Shown here in pieces: positions 35,001-47,372 of a stretch of 64,000 nucleotides of DNA. Under the pieces are notes generated by a model. That model did no database searches, was not told where the DNA came from, and worked only from the letters and a program-made list of their open reading frames with translations. Position numbers and translations under genes: made by a program. Every line of letters starts with the position of its first letter. Within the stretch, counting starts at the first letter, position 1. Origin of the DNA: Vairimorpha necatrix (lineage: Eukaryota); NCBI GenBank assembly GCA_036630325.1, contig CP142728.1, positions 1,116,001 to 1,180,000 on the forward strand, given 5' to 3'.

Positions 35001-35572
35001 TCAGTTTTTATAAATTTTAAATTGTTTTGAATTGTTAAATTGTTTTCTTCCATATTTTTTGTTTCTTCAATTAATTTATCAATTTCAATTTTGTATTTAC
35101 TTGTTTCTATAATATCTTCTAAGAATTCTAATAAACCTTCTTTAGGTTTTAACATGGCAATACTTTCAATTTCTCCTTGTAAGATAAGAAATCTATTGTG
35201 TTCCATGTCAATTCCTTCTTTCATCATTTTTTTTATTAAATCGTTGTTTGAAATTTCTTTGTCATTTAGAAAATATTTTGAAGTTTTGTTTATGTTGATT
35301 TCTCTTTTTATAGTAAATTTATTAAAAGTTAGTTTTACGAAACAAGAAGATTCTTTTTTTCCGTCATTGTAAATTAAATCTGTTAATTGTGTATGTCTCA
35401 TTTTTTTAGCTCTAAATCCCAGTACAAATAAGATGCTATCAATGATATTACTTTTACCACTACCATTTGGGCCTACGATAGCAGTGAATGATTTGTCAAT
35501 ATTATTTATAAAATGTTCACCTTTGTAACTCTTGAAATTTTTTATTGTCAGCGACTCCAAGACGAGCTTCAT
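32039..35572 (-). CDS. SMC4: Condensin subunit Smc4
   Basis: GPNGSGKSN, HNRFLILQGE, hinge region, VMPPKKCWK, LSGGEKTLSSL, DEIDAALDFRNV. Confidence 0.93.
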   Translation of the reverse strand: MKLVLESLTIKNFKSYKGEHFINNIDKSFTAIVGPNGSGKSNIIDSILFVLGFRAKKMRHTQLTDLIYNDGKKESSCFVKLTFNKFTIKREININKTSKYFLNDKEISNNDLIKKMMKEGIDMEHNRFLILQGEIESIAMLKPKEGLLEFLEDIIETSKYKIEIDKLIEETKNMEENNLTIQNNLKFIKTEFDHINELKKQNEEILIHKLKTNEYLKELKNLNLEKLKRNLHKQEEKEKEVKNQIEKLKDLNIENNELLKTLENEHKKIEKLLKNKEEIYLNFKREYKIKERNNIMQKDLKNKLEKQIKNLKNDFNSIKAKIEMKNKENEIFNKELKDNENELKILIKNREELKSKQNEEHEKINKKYFKDFEKLKNQEDKLTELIQTKSKENQKNLKYKLEINKYKEEEKILKDDIKNIETTLQNFINENNYDKEYISKDKLKEELRELEKDIQKTQQEIQKRKTRYNEVYQREENNKKEKELLNNFKNIKGVIGRLSDIGEVDEKYNLALKISCSRLNNIVVDTTQTAEKCIEIIKKENLQRSTFIILEKIQEIPKLEKFDLPYMFDLVKCDKKYKKCFYFSLTDTLLAEDLNKAQSYAFNKSRKRVVTLDGKLIEKSGIMTGGKYHEKIKNFKDVEKALEKMLNIKNTKLSNLKKIEDYENIKILKIKLKDKNEELKNLIFNLKNLSDNFKEFNYDEEIQNIKNEISNFKKIINKNYDTSLQGNLQICNEKIELLENRNQEIKIFLSEEIESISNKEKELEDKIYEFNEIRILDISELKNKMIVEEKSFQEINEDFKNIQENLNKLKIQMGDEYHIEIDLKNQYEDIEEEMNKIKKEMNEEKEQLRIIKEEICHHTKYLHKDEKYVNFEDKVEIDANEETKSNEINKSNEETKSNEINKIENNMTNEINKIENNMTNETNKIENKSNETNKIENSDDHCRFDSLKMEDIEDFLRKIKKKLKRLNEERNNKEVDFLIFDEFKKTKSSYDKVASEFNLQMSKYETKKKQVDEIKKTRFDEFMSGLNKINFFLKEIYKKLTYGGNAELELIDYLDPFSDGIRLAVMPPKKCWKSVSNLSGGEKTLSSLSLIFALHKFKPSPFYVMDEIDAALDFRNVSIISQYIKEMSKSSQFVVISLRNDMFEISKTVLGVYKVNNVSKFLMINVEEMRNKILINV
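32760..32935 (-). repeat. In-frame tandem repeat within the SMC4 coiled coil
   Basis: Repeated NEETKSNEINK / NEINKIENNMT units (~33 bp). Confidence 0.8.
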
Positions 35573-37191
35573 TTTGGGGGAAAGAAAAAATTAAAAAATG
35601 AATTAAGACAGTTTTTAAAATAAATCTATAATTGTAAACATAAAACTACACAGTCTTTAATATTTTATAGACACGAGTACCACATAATCTTTAAGAGGCA
35701 ACAGAATTAATTTTATAAATGGTAGCATGTGTGGAATAAACTTAACTTTTAAAGCTAATTATGATTTATAGCAGGCATATTTTTTGGCTCAATATTGAAA
35801 ATAATAGCATTTTATATTTTCATTGCCTAATTAAATATCTCATTTAAGCTTAAATGTTTGCTACCTTTGAAAACTACGTCTTTTTTTAACTTAAAATAAA
35901 CCTATTTAATTTTAAAATTTTTAATTTTTAATTAGGTAAAAAACATTAGAAAAATAGTATATAAGCAATTTGGTCTAAGCAAAATGGTTAAGAAAACGTT
36001 ATAAACTTTATCATGTAAAAAACACAATGTACAAGTCTGTGGGCTGGTTACAAAATTTTATATTATCATATGGGTTCGGGTATAAATAGACCGGGATTGA
36101 ATATTTGTCTAAAATATATGTAAAAAGCTTTACATTTCTATGGAATATCTAGATGCACTTGGGAAAAAAAACAAAAAAATCCAAACGAGGCAACAATTGG
36201 CTATAAAAAAATAATTCTAGACAATAGCACAGTGAAAAGTGTGAATTATAGAACAATGATATCAAAATAGATAAATTTTATATTAATTAGTACAGGTATA
36301 AACCCAGTGGGAGGTAGAATAGTGAAATTAGTATTCAGCTGTCCGATTTCCTTTTATGTATATAGTCCTGCACATAATTAATTATGTCTATTGTATTTTA
36401 ATTAAAAGAGAGATTTACATACAACAAAATTAGAATTACATTATTAATTCATTATTTATAATCTAATTGATATGATTTCCGACAGACCATACTTTATACG
36501 CGAAATCGATGAGCATTTATTAATGATTATGACGAGGAAATACTGATTGTTAAGTGACGCGAATGCCTAATCGAAATATACTCCTTAAAAAAACCACACC
36601 GGTTTGTAAATATACCATAAAGAACCAAAACAGTATCAAACATGGCGCAATTTTATAATTAGATTTTTAACCATCTGCAGAATGGGGAGTTAAAATTTAT
36701 GTCCCAAAATAATATATATAACAATATTAAACATTATTTGAGATCTGTGTAAAGATTTACACACACTAAGCCAATAAAATTACTAAATTTTCAAAGTTTG
36801 GGTCTATTCTTACATTAATTAATATTACAGCAAAAAAAAATCAATAAAGAACAACAAACTATAGCGTGAAAAAGTACAGATGGGAATAAAATCTGCTATT
36901 AAAAAAATCAAAAAGGTGCGCAAATTTTTTTTTGAAACATTTTCCACGAAAAAAATGATCGCAATATTAGTAATCTGTTATGAAAATATAAAAATTTTAC
37001 ATGATTCCTTTCGACTTTTTATATAAAAAAAAATAAATGAACTTAAATAGAAGAAACCCACAGGAGATAGTTAATTGTGCCTAGGTATGCACGTATATAT
37101 AATAATAAAAAAATTAATAAGACTTATATAATAACGCCTTAAAAGCACACAAATATATTTCTTTGCGAAAAATAGTGTTTAAATTTTTTAA

Positions 37192-38469
37192 TTATTCCTT
37201 AGTTTCAACATTAGAACTATCTTCTTCTTCAAGCTCAAAATCAAAATCACTATGATCAAATTTCTCAGATTTTTCTTTAGTTTGATAATATTGCCTAAAG
37301 CTTTCAGAACTTTTTGGCGTAGACATATTATTTATATTGGCTTGTCGCTTTTCATCCGCTGCCAATACAATAATCCTAAATCTCCCAATAGCACCTGGTT
37401 TCTTATGTGCATCTTTCCATGTCATTCTTTTGCAAAGCTCTGATATAAAAGATTGAGAACAACTTCTCTTCGATAATATTTCCGCTATATGTCTAAGATA
37501 ATCATCTCTATTCTGCTCCTGGGTCCAATCCCGAGTTATACTCTTTAACATTTCGTAGGTTTCATTTCCATTTGGTAATTTAAATTCTATTTTTTGTCCA
37601 AATCTTCTTAAAAACGCGTCATCTATTACACTCATAAAATTTGATGCTCCTACAAAGAAAACATTCTTCATTATGTCTTCTTTTATACCGCTTAATAAAT
37701 TTAAAAATTCTGTTTTTGATTTGCTACTGTGGTCTTGATGACTAAATTCTCTATTAGCGAAAAAAGAGTCAATTTCATCAATAAAAATGAATGTAGCTTT
37801 CCATTTTGTATCATCTCTAGCTTCCTCGAACAATTTGTTAATTTTCTTTTCTGTTTCTCCTTTATATTTATCTTCTAACATACTCGGTGTTATAAAATAT
37901 GCTCTAACGTATTCACCATCTTCATGTTTTGTTTTGTCTTTATATCCTTTAGTCTTCTCTTGAATTTTAGTGACTTTTTTGCCAGACTGTTCGGTTTTTT
38001 TCTTTATTTTTTCATTTAACAAAAAAATTAATTTTTTTATGAAATGTGTTTTACCTGTACCAGCTGGACCCCATAACAATAAATTTCTATCAATTACTGT
38101 TATTTTATCCGAAACCTCTGCTGCCGATTTATGTTCAGTCAATTGAATTATTTCAAAAATATTATTTGTAATTTTTTCAAATAATTTTTCTCTTCCATGA
38201 TACTTAACATTAGCAAAATCTTTAGCAGTGAAAAAATCGAACTCGTTATTTTTATTATTTTTATCTCCGGCATTACGCAATGCGTTAAATATAATTGGAA
38301 CTATAAATAAAAAAAGACAAGTAAGAAAAATATTTAAGATTGATGAGATGATACCAACAATTAAGCTTATACTTTCCATTGCTGATTTTTTTGGAATATT
38401 GTTTGATACATAAATTATCTTTTCTGAATCTTTTTGACCACAATCTTCTATTTCCATTGTTATACCCAT
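37192..38469 (-). CDS. AAA ATPase with N-terminal transmembrane helix (paralogue A)
   Basis: TM segment; GPAGTGKT; KYKGE pore loop; FIDEIDS; ASN...IDDAFLRRF second region of homology. Confidence 0.85.
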   Translation of the reverse strand: MGITMEIEDCGQKDSEKIIYVSNNIPKKSAMESISLIVGIISSILNIFLTCLFLFIVPIIFNALRNAGDKNNKNNEFDFFTAKDFANVKYHGREKLFEKITNNIFEIIQLTEHKSAAEVSDKITVIDRNLLLWGPAGTGKTHFIKKLIFLLNEKIKKKTEQSGKKVTKIQEKTKGYKDKTKHEDGEYVRAYFITPSMLEDKYKGETEKKINKLFEEARDDTKWKATFIFIDEIDSFFANREFSHQDHSSKSKTEFLNLLSGIKEDIMKNVFFVGASNFMSVIDDAFLRRFGQKIEFKLPNGNETYEMLKSITRDWTQEQNRDDYLRHIAEILSKRSCSQSFISELCKRMTWKDAHKKPGAIGRFRIIVLAADEKRQANINNMSTPKSSESFRQYYQTKEKSEKFDHSDFDFELEEEDSSNVETKE

Positions 38470-39849
38470 ATAACAAAAATTTATATTTATATAAAAAAAT
38501 TAAATGTTTATTTTTTAATTTAATAAACAATAAATGAAAAACAAATTGAAATGAAGCTAAAATGTCAAAATTTCGAGATTTTGAATGTAGATAATCAAAT
38601 TTTTTAATTTATCAAAAATAAACTTAGAAGTTTTTAATATTCGATAGTAAACAAAACTAGTACTTTTTAGTGATGTTTTTATTTTGACACGAGTCATGAA
38701 AGTTTGTCAAATATTCAAAATTTAGAAAATGAGATTTTTGACGTGTAAAAATAATTTATTTAGAAATTTGAAATTTTAACTTTTTTATGTTCCGAAATAA
38801 GTTGTAGAAGAGGAGTAAAATTCGAATGAAATGTTTTATGTTTAACTTCTTTTAGGCTATTAAGTCATCGATGAAAGCATGAAAAATGCAAGTTCTATGT
38901 ATAAAGAATGCAATGTTATTTTATTGTCTTAACGTTCAATGCTTCTTGTAAATCGCTCAAGTGTATAATTCTAAATTATAAAATGTTAAATTTGAGAATA
39001 AAAGATGGGCAATGGGCATTAAAGACCACCTTAGAGCCTGCCGTTTATAATATAACTCTAGAGAGAAGACGAAATTATAGGCCAACTTAATGTATAAATA
39101 ACAAAATTTGGAACATATTTTTAGTACTATTCTATATATTAAGTTGATATTAGACCTTTTGGTTTTAATTATTACTTGATTTAATTTCTATTTGTGAGGG
39201 ATTTATTATCAAAGTCTCTTCTTAATAAAAAGATACGTTAACGAAAAATTATATTTTATAAAGCTCTATGAAGTTAATACCGACAAGATATAGAATAATT
39301 AGATACATGTTTACATTTTAAATTTTTTTTATATTTATAAGAAAATTTTTGAAATACGGTGGTGTATGACCGTTTGGAACCCGAATCAAAAAATTAAAAA
39401 CATGGAAAAATATTAAAAATTATGTGGTGCAGGTTTAAATCCTGGCTGCTCGGCTTGTTATAATAGTTGATGTTCTTAGAATGTTTATTGGGTTTTATGT
39501 CTCTCATGCCAACGTGAAGAGCTAAAAATTCATCCCTCTATGTTTTATTTTTAATAAGTGTCAGAATCACCATTTATTTGAGGGAAAGTTGGTCTCTTAT
39601 ACTGCTTTATTATATATGACATTATATACTAGAATGGACATTTTATTTTTCGGCATTTGTTTGTTGACGACGACGTATTTATTTACATCATGACTCAACC
39701 GTGATTGAGATATGGCGGGCGACGAGTTTAAGCCCAAGATTTCTACTTGGCAGTACGAGGTCCTAAAAGGATATCGCAAGACAAATTATAAAATGAAACT
39801 TAACGATTTATTTTGAATTAAAAAAGATGATTTATACGTTGATTTTTCA

Positions 39850-40300
39850 GTGTTTGATAAGCCCAGATAAGCAGTAAAAGGTATTCATAATGTTCGTCTT
39901 AGTTTATATTATGTCTAGATCACATGTCCCTCTTGAAAAAAATTAAAACCAACCAAATTGTTTGGTATTGTGTCCCAGGATCTTGGAGTCTACAGCATAG
40001 ATAAAGTGTTATACAGTCCTGTGCTCAATCTTCGTGATTTTTCTAAATGCTGCATTATATGCTCTCAATTGATCACAATAGAAAAAGATAATACATTATC
40101 TTGCATTACCTCAAGGAGAGTGGCAGTATTTAGCTCAAAACGGGACAAAAAAGACACACTTCAATTCAGCATCATATAATGTTTTCAAAAAAAGAGGTTC
40201 AGTTATTTGAACTTTAAAAACATTATATCATTAAAAAGCACATCTGTTTCGACAAATTTTGTTTTTGTCAATCTTGCCATTTTTTGTAGAGGTCTCATTT
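39850..40300 (-). mobile_element. Degraded Merlin (IS1595-type DDE) transposase remnant
   Basis: Minus-strand fragments KIDKNK, TATLLEVMQDNVL and CDQLRAY...EHRTV*H...VD...HNT parallel the Merlin motifs at 60942-61247. Ends not found. Confidence 0.55.
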
Positions 40301-41039
40301 TTTAATTTTCATGTGGGGTTATTTTACCAATGTAGCTTTCAAACGGCCATCCAACTAACATTCTGAGAACTTTGTAAATCTTAGATATTGCTCTTTATAA
40401 ATTCAAACGCTCTTGGTCTTTTAATATGTTATTCTTCTGTTGTTTACGGGTGTTTATATTTATTAAATACGTTCAAAATGTATTTTCTTATTTTGTGACT
40501 TGTCAATAAGTTTATGCTTAGACACTATTTCTTTACATTTTCTGTTTGGGGTGGTTGGTTTTGTGTCTCCGTGTTTTTGGCTACTAATAATTAAATGCCC
40601 TTAGCTTTTCATATATTTTACTCTTATATTATAATGTATTATCTTCATTTTATAGATATATAAAACACCTTATAAATACGGCATCGTTGGTCTCCCCTTT
40701 ATTAAACCTTATTATAAGTCTTTTCTATAAGTTAAAAAGACTCAAAATCTAGTCTGTTTTTTCATTTATTATATTTCTGTAAGCTTAGCTTATTACCTTT
40801 CGATCGTTTGTCCATTTGCTAAGCCTATATGCTTCACTATATTTTTTCTTGTTTTCTACTACTAATTGAAGGTTAAAATTATTAGTGACTACCCTAAAGG
40901 TTTATTGTAATATAAAGATAGGCAAATTTACATTTGTTCAATATTTTAACTTAAATTCATGATTACTATTGTTATTTTTTGTATTTAATTATTGTGTTTT
41001 CTGGTAAATTCCAGAAGTCTTTTAATTTCTTTATAGGTC

Positions 41040-41820
41040 CGTTTAGCCTAGTAGTCAAAGACGATGTTTCTATTGAGCAATAGCTAGATTCGATTTCCAG
41101 GGGCAATAAAATTATTTCTACTTTCTATGATGCAGTTGGAACAACTCAGATGATGAAAATCTCCACGATAATCATTAAGTAGATTTAATAGAACTTGTGT
41201 GTGTCCAGCCACAGGGGAATTAGAACTTAGTGTAGAAACAGACCGTAAGGCCGATAAACAGTATCGCCCCTGTGGTTACTTATCGAAACATAAAAGTATC
41301 TGATGGATACGGCCTAGTTGGAGCCCATGGCTGTTGCACTCTAAAGTGGGATCTTAGAGTTAACTACGAGACTAGACAAAATAGGGCAGGAGAAGGTAAT
41401 GTGGACCCTATCCCACAAGATTTTGTAACATGGTGTCCGAAACTAGTGGGAAACTGGTGGTCAATACAGCCCAATAAAAACGCCAGGCTAGTTATGTGGT
41501 CGTGTATGGACCTGTGTGTGCAATACATATGATTGTAGGGACCTTTGAGTTAATACAATGATGTCTCTTTTAAATATAAAGAAAACCATGCCAGTTAAGT
41601 ATAGACGTTGTGAGGTCATTCTGCACGCGATTTGAGGTATAAATGGAAAGTGTTCTCCCGAAGCCAAAGTCCAATGGATAGATCGGAGCTTGCTGCGCCA
41701 TCAAGTTGTATGAAAGGAGTTTTAGTGAGATAGAATTTCAAGCACTTTTTGTTTAAAAATCATCCCAAATCCCTCTGCCCCATGTAAGGTTTACCCTACT
41801 ACTTATTTGCAAAAAAAAAA
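41040..41820. repeat. Dispersed GC-rich repeat, copy 1 of 3
   Basis: Shares colinear blocks (gttggaacaactca, acataaaagt, tgcactct, cgcgatttgaggtataaatg) with 44640-45390 and 58190-58930. Boundaries approximate. Confidence 0.7.
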
Positions 41821-42000
41821 ATCTATTTCTAAATGTGTATGTTTGTGATCCATTGAGGGTTAAATGTGGAATATTTTGCCATTCTAAAAATATGAAGTCT
41901 CATCTGACTTCATATTTATCTTTTCTTATAAATTATATTTTAATAAAATTTACTTTATTTAATTAATGATAGAATAAGGTCTGTCATATTTTTTTATCTA

Positions 42001-42402
42001 TTATGTTGTTCCTACTGGACTCCCTAAGATACTAGAACACTCTTCTTTATTATTCTCAATATCTTCTACTTTATATTTCCCCGTATAAAATTCTTCTCCA
42101 TTTATTTTAGCATAAATTATCCCAAACGAGACACCATCTTCAGATTCCAAAATATCCCCAATCTTAAAGCAAAGTAAATCAAACTCCACAATACTCTTAA
42201 GAAAGACATATTCATTATCATTTATAATATGCCCTACTGGGAATACGCCTACAATCTTGTAGCATAAGGGGATTCCTGACAACTTGTAAGTATATTTGAA
42301 CAAATATGAAGACAGTCTTTTATTAATTTCTGTGTCTGGATCATTAAAAAAGATAGGAGAGATTTTTATAATAATCTGTACTTTAATTTTACGAATCTTC
42401 AT
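42001..42402 (-). CDS. RNA polymerase I subunit Rpa43-like (Rpb7 N-terminal fold)
   Basis: ISP.F...LFKY..KLSGIPLCY...FKIGDIL pattern; ATG at 42402 after CCCCC. Confidence 0.6.
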   Translation of the reverse strand: MKIRKIKVQIIIKISPIFFNDPDTEINKRLSSYLFKYTYKLSGIPLCYKIVGVFPVGHIINDNEYVFLKSIVEFDLLCFKIGDILESEDGVSFGIIYAKINGEEFYTGKYKVEDIENNKEECSSILGSPVGTT

Positions 42403-43025
42403 GGGGGAAGAAAAAGAGAAATCATTGTAATGATACATAAAGTAAGAGCAAATTTAAAAATGATTATAACTTGATAAACTTGTTAGACATTTACCGTCTA
42501 GTTTAGAAACGCACCTCAAACACAAGATACAAGCAGATGATATCTATATGTAAAAAAGCCAAATAAGCACGAAAATGGGCCTATATCAGCATTAGTGTAA
42601 AAAAATCAGGGGATTAAAATATAAATAGTTGATACTTATACTGCAAAAAAACAAAACAAACACGAAACGCTCTTAGTTACGCTAATGTAAGAAAGCCAAG
42701 TGCCCTTGTATAAAATTAAGACAAGAAATTGTTAAATATTTATAAATTTGGGCACCAAACTAGCACGACGATGTATTTTTTAATATTCTCTGCTATGCGA
42801 CTTTCTACATTTGAACAATTATAATTTATTCCTTTAATCACAGATGAAAAAAATGACGACGTATGTACAATACTTTCTTCAAGAGACATTTCTTTGTATT
42901 ACAAGGCCCTAAGATCTATGTAAGGTCATCATGGTTAAAATTTTATACTTTTAAAATGCTACTCAACAAGTTCAACATAAAATAATTTATTAACATTCTA
43001 TTAATCTAGAATTCTTAAATTTCAA

Positions 43026-43097
43026 GCCTCTATAGCTCAGTGGTAGAGCGCTAGTTTAGTAAACTAGAGGTCTCGAGTTCGATCCTCGGTGGAGGCA
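43026..43097 (+). tRNA. tRNA-Thr (AGT)
   Basis: Acceptor GCCTCTA/TGGAGGC, anticodon stem CTAGT/ACTAG with loop TTAGTAA, GTTCGAT T-loop, oligo-T terminator. Confidence 0.95.
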
Positions 43098-43231
43098 ATT
43101 TTTTTCGAAAAAGAATCTCATAATATTGTTAATGGCTTAATTTATCTACAAATGCAAAAATTTTGCCAATATAGTTGCTAAAAATAAAATAATAATCTAG
43201 AAACATAATTTACTGCAAATGTAATAATTTT

Positions 43232-44245
43232 TTATTGTTCAATCATTTCAATGGCTTGTCTAATTTTCTCTTTCCATTCTCCAAACTTATTCTTCATTTT
43301 ATTCAACTCCGCCTCTTGTAAACATCTCGGTATTATCGTATTAAAATACAATACTTTATTTTTATCATCAATCCATCCTTTTATTAATCCAAACCCAAGA
43401 GCCTTCAATAAAAATCCATTTATTTCTTCTTCTCTGATCTCTAATTCTTCTTGGATCTTCTCAAATCCTAAAATTCTTTTATTTTCTTTAAAACATAAGT
43501 TTATTAATCCTATAAAATACGCCTTTTCTCTTACTATTTGGTATTTATCGCCGAATATATTGTGTATTATCTTGATATATTTGTCTACTAACTTAGTATT
43601 CCCTTCTTGTACGGCTATATAAATCTTATAAATGTCTTCATTGATTTTATCAAAATTTTTTAAAGAAAAAATTTCTATAAAATTAAAAAATTTTCTGGAA
43701 ACCAGTGAATATTTAGCAAGTAATTCTAAATTATTGATTTCTTCATTATTTTTTTTTACATATTCTAGCAAATATTTTACACAATTCTCATGATTACCAG
43801 ATTTCTCGTAATATAAAAAAGCAAGGAAGTTAAACAATTTGTAAACTTCTGGTGTCATTTCAAATTCCTTGAATTTAAATATTTGACTTTCGATATCATT
43901 TAATTGATCAGTTTGTACTTGTAAAATACATTTTTGTATTTCTAAATTGACTATTTCCATTTTGAAATTGCCAGAATACATATTTGATTCTTTTATTGAA
44001 GAAATCGAGTTAGAAATAATTTCTATAGATTTTTCGGGACTAAAATGTTTTGATAAAGAAAGTGTAGCATGAACAAGGGAAGCAGGATGATATTGGGAAA
44101 TGTTTTGTAAGAAAATGGATAAGATTTCTTCGGAGTTGTGGTCATTTATTATTTCTGGGATTAGGTCGCAGAGATGAAACCATTTTCGGTTGTCTTTTAA
44201 AGAAATCAAGTCTTCTATTGAGAAAGAAGAAATATTTGAGGACAT
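43232..44245 (-). CDS. RPN9: 26S proteasome lid subunit Rpn9 (PCI domain)
   Basis: RKWFHL at N-terminus; LLKALGFGLIKGWIDD...IIPRCL...W PCI/C-terminal pattern; ATG at 44245. Confidence 0.8.
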   Translation of the reverse strand: MSSNISSFSIEDLISLKDNRKWFHLCDLIPEIINDHNSEEILSIFLQNISQYHPASLVHATLSLSKHFSPEKSIEIISNSISSIKESNMYSGNFKMEIVNLEIQKCILQVQTDQLNDIESQIFKFKEFEMTPEVYKLFNFLAFLYYEKSGNHENCVKYLLEYVKKNNEEINNLELLAKYSLVSRKFFNFIEIFSLKNFDKINEDIYKIYIAVQEGNTKLVDKYIKIIHNIFGDKYQIVREKAYFIGLINLCFKENKRILGFEKIQEELEIREEEINGFLLKALGFGLIKGWIDDKNKVLYFNTIIPRCLQEAELNKMKNKFGEWKEKIRQAIEMIEQ

Positions 44246-44639
44246 TTTAAGGGGCAAAAAAATGAGAGAAAAACAATTAGACGGCATTTATATTTTGTAA
44301 AAACAAATATCAAGAGAGATGAATGAAGAATAAGATATAAATAACTGAAGTGGCCTAAGTTTTGTATTGACAAATAAGATTGTAGCCAGTATCTTATAAA
44401 ATTAGACTTATCACCTTGTAATTGTGGACTAAAAGCTTCCACAACAACAAAAAAAATTTTAGAGTAAAAATTTAACATAAGCAAAGAAAGATAAAATTGA
44501 AGATCTTTAGCGGTAAGTACTACTGGATATCATAAAGGAAGAATCTATAGAATAAAACTGTGATAAGTATTTATGACCTCTCACATCAAACATTCATAAA
44601 TGTTGATCAGTGGATATTTAGGTGTATTATTTAACAAAG

Positions 44640-45390
44640 GATGTCCTACGTCTACGGTCAAGGCAGAATCTTTTAGTGGGCATTGCTGAGATAAGCTACC
44701 AAAAGTCTTTTTATTTTTGTGATGCAGTTAGAACAACTCAGAAAATAAAACTGTCCCCGGTAAATATTAAGTTAATTCGATAGACTTTTTTATCGGGCAT
44801 AAGAGGATGTAGCATCTAGTGTAGAAACACGAGTAGAGGTCGAAAACAACATCATCTTTAACTTGAGCTACAGATACATAAAAGTAATCGCGGCATACGT
44901 CTTAGTTGGAGTCCATGACTAGTGCACTACAAAAGACCCTGGGGCTAACGTGGGACTGGAAAGTAGAGCAATGAAGGGTCTTTTGGATTCTGGCCTGGGC
45001 GGTGTGTAACATGGTCACTCTAACTGGTGGTCAACATCGTCTAATGAAATGCCGGCTTGGTGGTGTGACGGTGTTTGAAGCCGCGTCTAAAATGCAGATG
45101 ATTATAATGACCTTGAAGCTAGTACGATGATGTCTATCTTCAGGTTATCGAAATCATGTCCATAATAATATTGTTGTGAGATTCCTCTGGGCGCGATTTG
45201 AGGTATAAATGAAAAATATTATCTGGAACGAAATTCTAATGATTACGGCGGAGCCTGCTTCTACAGAAATTTTGTTGAGTATGTTTTATCGAGTAAAAGT
45301 ATCACAAGATTCGTTGGATAAAAAACACCCAAATCCTCGGAGATTTTTTGTTGGGGTTCTCTTTGCCCTCAATGCACAGGAAAAAAAAAT
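44640..45390. repeat. Dispersed GC-rich repeat, copy 2 of 3
   Basis: Colinear blocks shared with copies 1 and 3. Boundaries approximate. Confidence 0.7.
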
Positions 45391-45531
45391 ATATGCTTTA
45401 ACTTGAAATATAAATAACTAGTTTACAAAGCAATTTTATCTTAATAGATGAATTTTACCAAGGCTGATCAGTGTTAAGATCTATTTATTTGCTTAGAACT
45501 ATCACATAATATCATACATGATGCTTAATTA

Positions 45532-46008
45532 CAAGGGTTTGCATTTTGATAGGCCTTTTTTGAACCCCTTTTTAAAGCCTAGAAAAGCTAGAGCAACAAT
45601 CACATCGGGTTGCAAATTTTTATCATCCAAGAAAAGTTTGAGATAACCAAGAGAATTGGGCTTTTTTTGCCTTCTACTCGCCACAGCTTGATGTTATTGA
45701 AGATTTTTATTCTATGATAAAATCGAGGTTTTGTGCTATACGAAATTTTAAAAATGCAGTAGAAACAGATTTAGAACAAGTTTTTAAAAGGATTTTGGCT
45801 TTTTGTGCAATCGATACTACACTATTCTGGTATGATTCTGTAAATGGCAAGCGAAACACGAATTTATCTAATTAAGTGAGATTGTTATTATTTTACACAT
45901 ATTTCTATTAGTGGCTCGTTTTGTATGTAATTTTCAAATTTTCTATAATTTTTTAAAAAAAATAAACCATAAAAATACAAAAGTTAGACTATAAAAATGC
46001 AAACCCTG
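45532..46008 (+). mobile_element. Tc1/IS630-mariner internal-deletion derivative
   Basis: TIRs ca(a)gggtttgcatttt / aaaatgcaaaccctg flanked by TA; internal YSPQLDVIEDFYSMIKSRF resembles the YSPxLNPIE motif. Confidence 0.8.
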
Positions 46009-47372
46009 TAAAATGTTTTTTTTTTGTAATGTTTTTATTTTTTTTAGTATATATCTAATTGTTGTACTAATCAGACCGAATAACGCCGCTCCCATTCACG
46101 TATAATCCAAACCTACCTAGGTCCGAAATGGAAAGAGGATACATAAACTTGAAGATAGTGGTAAAAATATGGGTTTATTTAGCTTTAATGATATAAAAAT
46201 TCAAAAATTTTTTTAGAGCGCCTCACGATATTAAAAAATCTAGTGAACTCCCTACTTGCTATAACGGTTATCTTGGAATTAGGTATGATTCGTAGGGTAG
46301 ACAATGCCAATATGCTAGTATAATCTCGTAAATATGCTCTTACAACAAGATTAATCAGTAATATACTAGATCTCTGACTTAAGAACAATGAATCATCAAG
46401 CATCGGGTACTTTTTGACTGGTTGGTTAAACGTAATAATTAGACTAAAATGAAGCGACTTATTTTTTTTTGTGATATATAAAATTTGACAAAAAATCTAC
46501 AGATCATATCGTAAAACCAAATAAAGATTATGTATTCATTATATAATGAGAATGGTATCATGTTGAGTTCTTACTATACGAAAAGACACAACGAGATAAC
46601 ACAAAATAACCATCTATTACTATGTATTATATAACACTACAAAAGACAAAAAATAGACGTGGATACTAAGTACAGAAAAAAAATGAAATACTCAGCAAAA
46701 ATTAAAGTAGGTATATATACGCATACTATAAAAAAAAGTTGATAATCTTGATAATATTATGTTTGATAGGAAGATCAACCCTTATTAGTAGCAATTGGTA
46801 CACTCGATTAGGATCAACATACCTGTAGATGCTGAAAGCTAAAAAAAGATAAAATTTTGTAATTTAACTAAAACTAATTGATAATTTTGGATAAAAATAT
46901 TTTAATTTGATTATGGGAAGAAGATGCAAACGAATGCTACCGTTAATATATTGTTCTATATGTAAATCCTCTATGCATACATCAAATCTATTGTGCAGAA
47001 AAGATATTTAGAGCCTAGATGGTCAAGTAGAAGACAAAGATGCAATCAGAACGACGCCAGAAGAAGAATTATATGTACCTGTAACTACACAGCTAGAAAG
47101 GAATGTCTTAAAAACAAGCCTCATAAGCATCCCTTTTGATTTAAGAAGCCAGAGCATCATTATAACGCAGTAAATAAAAAATATAAGGTTAAATTTTAAA
47201 CAACCAGGAATTATGTGTTTAATGGTATCTAAAACGTACAAATTAATTAAGTAAAATAAATTAATCAAAAGAAAAACACAAATAACCCAGATATAAATCA
47301 CTAGCAAAAACATTAAAATACTTTTAGATAATTTATAAAAATCTTAGTTAAAATTATTTTTTATTATTCTCT

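Noticed and set aside
39425-39455. tRNA T-arm-like caggtttaaatcctg
   Set aside because: No matching acceptor, D or anticodon arms upstream; the T-loop lacks TTC.
46750-47160. Possible retroelement or pseudogene fragment
   Set aside because: Purine-rich and coding-like, but no identifiable domain or boundaries.
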